Part shown: piece after piece, positions 54,243-64,000 of the stretch
How the letters are laid out: every line of letters starts with the position of its first letter
Numbering within the stretch: position 1 is the stretch's first letter
From: Bugula neritina
Taxonomy: Eukaryota > Animalia > Bryozoa
DNA: 64,000 nucleotides
Reading direction: 5' to 3'
Assembly: GCA_964035545.1 (NCBI GenBank)
Contig: OZ037767.1
Coordinates: forward strand, 15,132,998 to 15,196,997
Made by a program: the position numbers and the translations under genes
The notes under the pieces: model-generated
Seen by the model: only the letters and a program-made list of their open reading frames with translations
The model's database searches: none
What the model was told of the DNA's origin: nothing

Positions 54243-56085
54243 TGTGTGAGTTGGTATATATTAGCATATGTGTGCACATAATATATCCAAGAAAATTTGC
54301 ATGTCGCAATATAGATATTGAATATCTACTGTACATAACTTTGAAATCTATAGCTAACTAATTGTTTCATTGGCTATAAATATCATATTACAGTAAGTTA
54401 TTTAAAGTGAATTGATTATATCAAATTAATATGTTAGCAAGCATAAAGTTAACTAATTTAATAATCGCCTTAGTTGTAAACTGATTCAACAAATGTAAAT
54501 AAATCAATAGAGAAAGTTTATGCATACAAGCAATTAGCTGCTTGTTATATTTGTTTAGTAAGTGTAAATATTATACATGTTCAGAAACTGCTTGCTTAAA
54601 TTTAGCTAATTAATAGCAAGTATAAACATTTTGTTATTTATATAAATGCTTATATGATATTAAGTTTGTCAAAGGATAATTCAATTACACAATTATTTGA
54701 CAAGCCCTAAAAAAATTTATGAATATTAAGATTAATTGAGAATACTCAAATAATAGTTTATTATTCAAAGTCTTATTCACATTAACTAGAAGGCCCAGCT
54801 CTCTATCACTATATAGCCATGATATATATTTGCTAAAACTTTGGGAAAGAGTAACTATGTTATAATGGCAAAAATGCTACTTATGTTTTCTAGTACATAT
54901 ATATGCTCATTAATTCATAATTTTTATTCAAATAAAATGTTGACATGAATATTAATCAGTATATATTTTCCTAGAATGTTGTTTAGAGACATAAAAAAAC
55001 TGCCTATGCACAACATACTTTGCATCTGTTTAGTATCTCGTAATTAGACATAAAAAAATCAAAGCCAATTATAAGGCAAAAGACCATAATACTGTACTAT
55101 CATTGGATAGTTCTTCATCAATAAACAGGTAGTCGCCAGTGGTGGATATGAACCCCTCCTAGATGTTTCTCGTACTTCTTCCTCAAAAAACATTTTCATT
55201 AAGCCAAAAAGAAATAACAATACACCTTTTTAGTTGACACTTTTTAATTTCTGACTGATATTTCACCTTATTTCCAATTATAATTAACTTTTAACCGGCA
55301 CTTTTCTTTGTAGTAATTCCTACCCTTTAGACTGTGTACTTTGAAATGAGTCTGTTTTACTCGTTACATAAAGTATAGTTGCACTGGCTACAGGTTGACA
55401 CAAAAGCAAGCCTATCTTGATAAAATCATGCGCAAATGTAAAAACTACCGAGGAGTTTGTTCCTCATATTTAGAAATTGACAAATTATTTTTAATCCGTT
55501 TAAAAGCATCTGGTTAGGGAAGCATATGCCGTGTTCAATTTGTTATTCTAGCATTAACAATAACAGAATGCAATAATTATAAGTTTATGAAAGTAATTTG
55601 TTTTCTTTCTAATTACAAATATAATATTTTAGTATACACAGAGAGAAATATTAGTGCAGCGCTTGCACTAAAGTTGTTCAAAGAGCCTTTTATTGTCGGT
55701 ATAGCCTGCACCACACCTCTAATAGTTGTTAGACCTGCACTTATTTTGATGAAATTGAAAGTTAATCCGGTTAGTGTAAGCTGAAAAATATTTTGTAGTA
55801 GCTCTGAAACCACTTAGTTGTTAAGTCAATGCTACCTTTCCCAAGTATTACGTAATCATCATCCCTAGGTCTGAATGAAGCTAAACAGTAGTTGATAGGA
55901 GCAGAAAGTGAGATCAATGCTACAACTAAATATGTTCAAGCAACATTTTATTTACATAAGAATTATGGAACAATCGGCAGTTGTTCACCTAACAACATTA
56001 TTCGTTCACATGTGCACTAATGATGATCACAAACCTTTATAGCAAGCTAGGATAGAGTTGAACCCTACATTTGGGTCATTTCAAT

Positions 56086-59000
56086 AGACCATGTAAAACT
56101 CAGCCAATCAGCGAAGTGTACCAGGTCAATGTTTTACCATTGTAACTGATATAAAATTCTGCAAGTTCAATTGCAAAATGCATGCTTCTAAAAGCTAGTT
56201 GTGCAACTTTTTTTTTATGCATTATTTAATTTCATATCTTAAATTGATGACTCTTGAAATGATTTTTCAAAATGTCTAAATTAAGTGTTTATAAAACGCA
56301 ATTAAAAATTGCATGTCTAGAAAAATGACCTGGTACACTTTTGCAACTTAAGGCCAATTATTACATAACTGCCAGCTTAGTAGTTATTTGTTGTTGCAGC
56401 TTGAATCGGTTATTGTTTAGCATTGGAAGCTTGCAGTAAACATCTGTGAATTTGGTACATGACTTCGATTGGCTGGTTTTTGAATGGCCCTTTAGTATAT
56501 GCATCTGGATGGCTGGGTAGTGTAGACTCCGCCTACATCTAGCTAATGTACAGTAGCCAATCCACAGTAGTATTACAAAATTTCTGTTTAACAAATGAAA
56601 TATTCTGGTCATTTGTTTTGTACTTTACAATAGTAAATATTCTATTCAACTAGAATTTTATTGTATGTAAGCCATGGGAACTACTAAGAGGTAAAATCAA
56701 CCACCCATCCTGGTAATATTGTTGCTCGCAGTAATAGCAAGTCCACATCATATAAATATACACATAAGCTATTATGTGCAGCTTATGAATGCTGAAATGA
56801 CCCCATTTCTTACTTTCAATTTGAAAAAAATTGTATTACATATTCTGCCACTTCTGCACCAAGAATTTGTTTTCCTTTTAAATTTTGAAAATAGTAGTCA
56901 GTCTCTGCAGCAGTCAACTGCATCCACAATAAACAACGTAAGCTTTCAAATAAACTATAAATATATGAAATATTAGTGTGGAAACAATGTAATTTAGTTC
57001 TTGCTATGATGAAAAATTACAAGAATATTATATAAAAGCTAGATATAGATTTCTATAAAATGGCACAGGTAAAAATAACACATTTCTACTTCAAATTCTA
57101 AATTTCATCAGTCACCAATGGTGGCTGTAGATTACAGAGAGCATAGCAGACTATCATAATCATAAGGATGGTCAGTCCACTGAGCAAAATCCAACTCCAA
57201 CCTTTCATTTGGGTTACCAAAGCACTAAAGCATATAATGTAAGATGCACAAAAAACAGTGGTTTTAATGAAACATGTGAAAGAAGCAAACAGAAAAACGT
57301 TATCAACAGAGTCAGCTGATATAGAGCAACAGAACTCATCTGACAGCCATCCTCATAGTCAGACTTCATCAGAAGTAACTGAGTTACCAGAATCATCAAC
57401 TACTCAGAAAAAAGATCTGCACATTCTATTGATAGACGAAAATCAAAAGTTGGAAGAAAAGGCTCAAAAAGTTCCACGTTTAAACAAAAAGCAACTATTG
57501 AAAAAGTAAAAGTTTTTAAAACTTTCACCACTACAGATGAGCAAACTAAATTCTATACTGGAATACCTACACGTTCTCTATACTATTTTTTAGCAAGGTG
57601 AAAATTATAATCTTCTTATTGCAAAGATAGACTATGGTTTATTACAAATAAACAATGCAAGTCTCACTGCTAAAATTTGTACATTGATTAAATTTGATGT
57701 GTAGTAAAACTGTCATTTTAATTAAATTTGTTGCAGTGTGAGTACATCATTCATACATTTTTTATTAAAGATCTATGTTGTTTTATGTAAGATATTCATA
57801 AATACCACAGTGGTCATCTGTATGCTTTGACTTATTAAGTTTAGGGTTTTATTTAAACAAGCAGCAGTCTTTTATTTGTGGACAAATTGACTCCCTTTCT
57901 CCAGGAAAAGTAAATTGTTTTGACTTAAATTTTCCTTTGTTATTTTAAAGCTTATCAAAAGTGGCCTCCTAATCTAATTTTTAGCTGAAACTAACTCAGT
58001 GAGTGTTTAAAACTAAAATGGTTTACACTTGTTACTAGTTTCACTTATTCACAAACATTATTAAATGCTATTCTAGAAATAATATGGGTTTGAATTAGTT
58101 ATAGTATAATTATAAAATGAAGTAATAATTGTTTGTCAACACTATTTGTTTAAACTACTAACTTCATTCAAAGCATGTATTCATACAACTAGCTTACTAT
58201 GTACTGTTACAGTATTATGTAACACATGTTGACACACATTACATTCTGTTTGGATGGTGATATATTGGGTCAAGCCTTCAGCTAGCAGTTCTTGAACTTC
58301 ATAGTTGTTGCAAAATATGACTAAAGCTACTTACCAGAGGGTAAAAACTGCTGAATGAATACAAACTAAGCACAAAATTTATTTAGCACATACATTATAA
58401 TTTGAATCATAATTTAATTTTCATTCTTTATTTTCTATATTTAGATTTATATGTCTGAAGATAAAGTTCTCACTCTCAGAAAAAAGTTAACAAGACAAGA
58501 TAAACTTTTATTGGCTTTGATGAAGCTGCGTCAAGGTTTACAGTTTCAAATACTTGCTGGCTTTTTTTACATCTCTAGATTGCTAGCAAGCAAAACTTTC
58601 AAAAACACATTAGATATTTTAGCAAGAGAACTGAACAATCTAATAGTTTTTCCAACAAGAGAGAAGCTGAACATCTCTCTGAGCTTTCAAAGCCAATATG
58701 CTACCATATATTTATAGTTTATTTGAAAGCTTACATTGTAGATGTTGACTGCTATAGAAACTGACTACTATTTTCAAAATTTAAAAGGAAAACAAGTTCC
58801 TGGTGCAGAAGTGGCAGAATATGTAATACAATTTTTTTCAAATTGAAAGTAAGAAATGGGGTCATTTCAGCATTCATAAGCTGCACATAATAGCTTATGT
58901 GTATATTTATATGGTGTGGACTTGCTATTACTGCGAGCAACAATATTACCAGGATGGGTGGTTGATTTAACCTCTTAGTAGTTCCCATGGCTTACATACA

Positions 59001-59576
59001 ATAAAATTCTAGTTGAATAGAATATTTACTATTGTAAAGTACAAAACAAATGACCAGAATATTTCATTTGTTAAACAGAAATTTTGTAATACTACTGTGG
59101 ATTGGCTACTGTACATTAGCTAGATGTAGGCGGAGTCTACACTACCCAGCCATCCAGATGCATATACTAAAGGGCCATTCAAAAACCAGCCAATCGAAGT
59201 CATGTACCAAATTCACAGATGTTTACTGCAAGCTTCCAATGCTAAACAATAACCGATTCAAGCTGCAACAACAAATAACTACTAAGCTGGCAGTTATGTA
59301 ATAATTGGCCTTAAGTTGCAAAAGTGTACCAGGTCATTTTTCTAGACATGCAATTTTTAATTGCGTTTTATAAACACTTAATTTAGACATTTTGAAAAAT
59401 CATTTCAAGAGTCATCAATTTAAGATATGAAATTAAATAATGCATGAAAAAAAAGTTGCACAACTAGCTTTTAGAAGCATGTATTTTGCAATTGAACTTG
59501 CAGAATTTTATATCAGTTACAATGGTAAGACATTGACCTGGTACACTTCGCTGATTGGCTGAGTTTTACATGGTCT
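56086..59576 (+). mobile_element. ISL2EU-type (PIF/Harbinger-related) DNA transposon, 3491 bp, AT TSD, ~880-bp TIRs, degenerate transposase
   Basis: AG...CT termini and an AT duplication. The empty site ttcaATtggtg is in copy 1 (~23798). Arms are 56086-56967 and 58705-59576. Remnants: THAP-tail-like HKDGQSTEQNPTPTFHLGY (~57161-57217), DEQTKFYTGIP (~57536-57568) and HTH_Tnp_4-like LTRQDKLLLALMKLRQGLQFQILAGFFYISR (ORF 58451..58717). Confidence 0.85.
57161..58717 (+). pseudogene. Fragmented, intron-containing THAP / HTH_Tnp_4 transposase
   Basis: The motifs above occur in the expected order but in different frames with stops. No intact DDE region was recognised. Confidence 0.7.
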
Positions 59577-62500
59577 ATTGGTGCTTCCCATTTAGATGCT
59601 ATTTATACATTTTACGTGTAATTTATTTGAATGCTATTAAAATATATGTGTATTTAAATGAATTTGAGTCAATTGCTTTTTATAATTGGCACACAAATAA
59701 ATTTCTTTGCTCTGCATAAACCTATTGATTTTGCATTTTCTATATTTTTTGTTTTTTGAAAAAATGTTATTATTAATGCATTTAATGCTTTTTTTCAACA
59801 CAAATTTGAAAAAATTGAAATATTATTGCAAATTTATCATATTAATGGTTATTTTATGTTTAGCAATTGATATGAAAGTTAAATAAGGGTATATAGGTAT
59901 ATAATACTTAGTACCAAAACAAAAAATACAACCTAACTGGGGAGCATATAAGTGGCATGAAACTCCTTCAACCTACTAGCTGTTTACAATTTTGAAATTT
60001 TTTTGAACTCAAGACATTTTCAAATAGCTTGTTACCAGACTACTATTAAACATCGCCCCACTCCGTTTATCAAAGACTTAAGTTGAATTTATCAACAAAA
60101 AATTTCAACTGCACATATCTCTTGCATGGGTAGTTTAGGCTTCACTAGTCAATTTCATTCATGGAAAGGAAAGCCAACTAATTTAAAATGTGTGTAAAAG
60201 AGAGATCAGGGAGATGCACCATTAAACTCCAATGTACTCAGTTATCAGCAAATGTGTTTCAAACAAGAAGCTTATAATTAACAATGAAACAAGCTACTGA
60301 ATAGTCAATTGTGGATCAGTGAACCACTTCAAAAGCCTTGTGTAAACTTGTGTAAACTACCCGGTGGAACAAAAGAAGATGTTGCATAACAGAGCTATAG
60401 TAAGGAAATATTTAAATTGTAATTCAAAGGCGAGAAACTGGCTTACCAAGCAGTGACAGAGCAAAGCAAAGGTTATTACATAACAGCACATAGTTTTCAT
60501 TCTTGGCTATTGACAGAAGAAATATTTTGCCGGCATAGTGAACACCAGAGGCTCAGACTAAGAGGTTGTGCTTTGAGATTCAGTGAATTTGTGCTTCCAA
60601 ACAACCCCACAACATGGAAAACATTGAATCATTTCATCACATGGGTGAAGATTGCAGCTACCTCTCAGAGATAGAAGATGATCACTTTCTTTCAGAGTTA
60701 GGAACTGAAGTTGTCATTGCAGCAAAAGGTAAGCCCAATCATTTGCTTAACGTTGTCATTTGATATCACAATGACAGTATGACTATTGCTGTAGACAGAT
60801 AATTGAATTTGTGCAACCATAACTTTTAAGAGACCACCTTGACTAATAATTCCCAAACTACTCTATTCCTATATCAATTTGATATGAGTTTTCCTGTAAC
60901 AATCTATTTTCAAAAAAATTAGCGTTTTATTTCCACTTCACCTTCTAGCAATTTGTGCTAAATTCATTAATTTAAATTCCCTCCCCCATTGTAAAAGTAT
61001 TGTTAATAATGCAATTTAGCAGCCTACAAGTAGTTATTAGCCTTAAGCAGCTGCCAAGCTAGCTTCTTGTTTTATAGCTAAGTATCAAAATGCCAATATT
61101 AGTGGTGAGTTGGCAAAATTTTTCATTAACTTCCGTACCACCAGTTTATTCTTTTATTTATCTTTGCACAGCACAATTAAATATAAAAACATGTTTAAGT
61201 AGCAATATTTTTCTTGGTAGTACTTTATTTGTTTTTCAATTTATAGACATACTGAAACTTACCAATATCTGTTATCTCGATATGAGGGGTCCATATAAAA
61301 TGCTGACTCCAGCTTAAATTGTGATTCACTGACATTTTGATATAATTTTAATGCAGAGAAGCTTCTATAAACTAAACTAATTATGCCCAACAGCTCTTGC
61401 ATTTGTAATTAAGAAAGAGGTAAAATAAAATAACGGCAAAAATTGTTACTAAATTTTGATAAGCTCAAACTAACCCAAACACTACGCAACATAATGATCA
61501 TAAGTTTGCCAAAGCCTGTATGTTTATTCAGAATCAAACGATTGGTACGATGGTGCTGAAAATATGCTAAAAGATTTGTAGCTAACATCATTGATACTAT
61601 TAGTTTTGGCCTTAGACTTCAGCTTCTTCAAAGTTGAACTTAATTTATTTACGCTGCTTGTGATTGTATATCTTAACCAAATGTTTACTGTTTATACTAA
61701 TACAGTTTAAATATTACCCAACTTTTATCTTTTGTTGTAGATCCCATAACATTTTTTAAGACCATGCACTCAAAGGTGCTGAATAGGAGCACAAAAAAGA
61801 ATTTGACCGCTACAAAACTTTGAATCATGCTGAGACCTTCAGCCTGCAAGCAGGCGCACTCACCACTGCATTACAAGCGTCACTGGGTGCTCTCGACACT
61901 ACACCTCACCCACTTCTCAAGAACCCAGCTGCCCTTTTTTAGTACTTCTCCTTCAAGCTTCCCTGGCCACTCAACTCCTCTCGGAGTACTACCACACTTT
62001 ACCAACCGATGGAATTAGTTATAAAACTTCCCCCTCCCCTCTCCTGTACTGGAGTTACTATCACGGACCTGGACTTGCGCACAGGTGTGCTAACCATTAC
62101 ACACCACAACTGCTTAGTTATCACTACACTACAGAGCAAGAATGTAATGACACACACTATGGTCTTAGCAGAAAAGTTAACTGAATTTACAGTCGTAGAA
62201 AAATTCTGCAAATGTTTATTTTCGTTTTTTTTTTTCTTATTTCAATCTTTAGAAGTTATTTGTTGTTGCATTTCTTATATTCAACTATTATATACAATAA
62301 AATCCACAATACTAGACTCTCATACTGGTTAGAAGATATGACAAGTTAGTTCAGAGTGATCAGTAATAATTTTTGCAGAAGCTTATTTCCAACGAAAATT
62401 AGAGCAGCATGGAACATTTATAAGTTCAGCTTTGAATATAACTTAGTTCAGCATTGAGCATATCTAAGATCATCATTGAACAGAAAAAAGATTATCATTA

Positions 62501-64000
62501 AACATATATAATATCACTATTGAGCATAAATAAGATCACCATTGAATATATATAAGCTCACCATTGAACATATATGATATCACTATTAAACATATATAAT
62601 ATCACTATTGAGCATAAAGAAGATCACTATTGAAAATATGTAAGCTCACCATTGAACATATATAAGATCACCATTGAACATAATTTGGCTCATTGTGATA
62701 AATACAAAGAATCAACTTCACAACTCTTTATATCAACATTGATCTAACATACTATTCACTGTGAACAGTACCTGACACTAATTTCTATTCACTGCTGGTC
62801 AATTTAGGGATCCAAAAAACGAGAGGTTTTAGTTGTCAGCTTATGTTCACTCTAACACTAATATTTCTCTCTGTGTATATTGTAAATTTATAAGGCTTGC
62901 ATTAGGAATAACGCAGCTAAAACATCATTTTCCTTAAAGTCTTAAAAATATATAAGTATAACATAATACACTATGCCAATAAACTTATTAAAGTACCAAG
63001 CAAGCTTAGCTAGTTTAAGAAAAATTACACTAGGTAAATTCCCATTATTTATAGAATGCTTGCTGATATTAGCTTTTGATGTAATTAAAGTAAATTATTA
63101 TTTATCTTTCTAGCTAAGGATTTCTTGCCGTAAGTTTTGCTTTTATGCATGGAGAAATGTCGTAACAAACGAGTTAAATTTTTATAGCACATAAAAATGT
63201 AATCTATAAGTCGAAGATATTTAAACTTAGCCATTAACTCATTTTAATTAGCAATGTAGCCTAAATCTAATACAATACAAAATATATACCAGTATATATA
63301 ATATATTTTTACCATGCTGTTAATTACAGTATTTGTAAAACAAATTTTATGCTCATTAATTAAATGCAACAAATATTTATAAAATACTAATAATGTTGAA
63401 TAAATAAATTCAATAATTCCTTTTCTATTTAAATGGCTGCATAATTTCTTGCAAGGTTGTATAAAGGAGTTGTGGCCCACAACTTATTATGTGTTCAATT
63501 GCCACATATGTCTTAGGAAGAAGAAAACTCCCCAAAAATTCTTGGTTTGAAAATTCTAGTATAATTAAAATCACTTAATATATGTCTTTGAAATGCATTT
63601 TGCCACTCTGCAAAGTTGCAGGAACAAATATTGCATGAAGTAATAAATGATTTATGAAGTAATTAACAAACCAATGTAAAAACTGTTGTTGTATATAGAA
63701 CACAACATATTGATTTTCTTCAATTTCCACATCAAATCTATATAATATTCAATTATATCTAACCAATGCTAATAAACTAAACATGCATGCATACAAATAT
63801 TTGCATCATATGCAAGTAATATTAGCTAATTAGCAACTATAGCATTTTTTTCATTATCTTTATTGCTTGCATATGTCTAAGTATTATTAAAATAAGGTTT
63901 TTATTTGCAACTTTGCACCACAAATTACATTAAATCTAAAAACTTGAGTTGTGACATGCATTAGGGCTACCTATACACAAATAGACCTTCATAAAACTCT

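Larger units (their letters stand above)
55637..62875. mobile_element. CAC...GTG TIR element, copy 2, inverted relative to copy 1, with a nested 3.5-kb insertion
   Basis: Same 20-bp TIRs, TA on both flanks, interior is the reverse complement of 20423-24247. Confidence 0.92.

Noticed and set aside
56361-59301. Identical 83-aa ORFs on opposite strands
   Set aside because: A consequence of the long inverted arms, with no recognisable domain.

Overview
AT-rich, intron-containing animal (invertebrate) genomic DNA. No prokaryotic features or CRISPR arrays are present. All models and alignments below were built by hand. (1) A complete spliced CPEB1/Orb-class gene on + (CDS 7339-14200, 15 exons, about 745 aa). 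(2) A cluster of genes for secreted WSC + NHL-like + PAN/apple proteins: A (-, intact), B (+, intact) and C (+, deleted). (3) An 8-exon minus-strand gene (32875-39369, about 1317 aa). Its single 2.3-kb exon carries 17 near-identical ankyrin repeats that vary mainly at the DARPin-type binding positions and form a 456-bp higher-order repeat. (4) A segmental duplication (12548-~31110 copied to 40476-~54356) that produced a dead 3' CPEB1 fragment and copies A', B', C', with reciprocal gene loss. (5) Two inverted copies of a CAC...GTG, TA-duplicating DNA element. One hosts an ISL2EU-type element with ~880-bp terminal inverted repeats, and both host a CCCAG MITE. (6) A palindromic insert in a (TA)n tract with a Penelope-type minimal hammerhead motif on each strand. 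Also present: tRNA-derived SINEs, minisatellites and microsatellites. Best leads: the hypervariable ankyrin array, the twin hammerheads, and a gene-conversion patch between inverted WSC-NHL-PAN paralogs.
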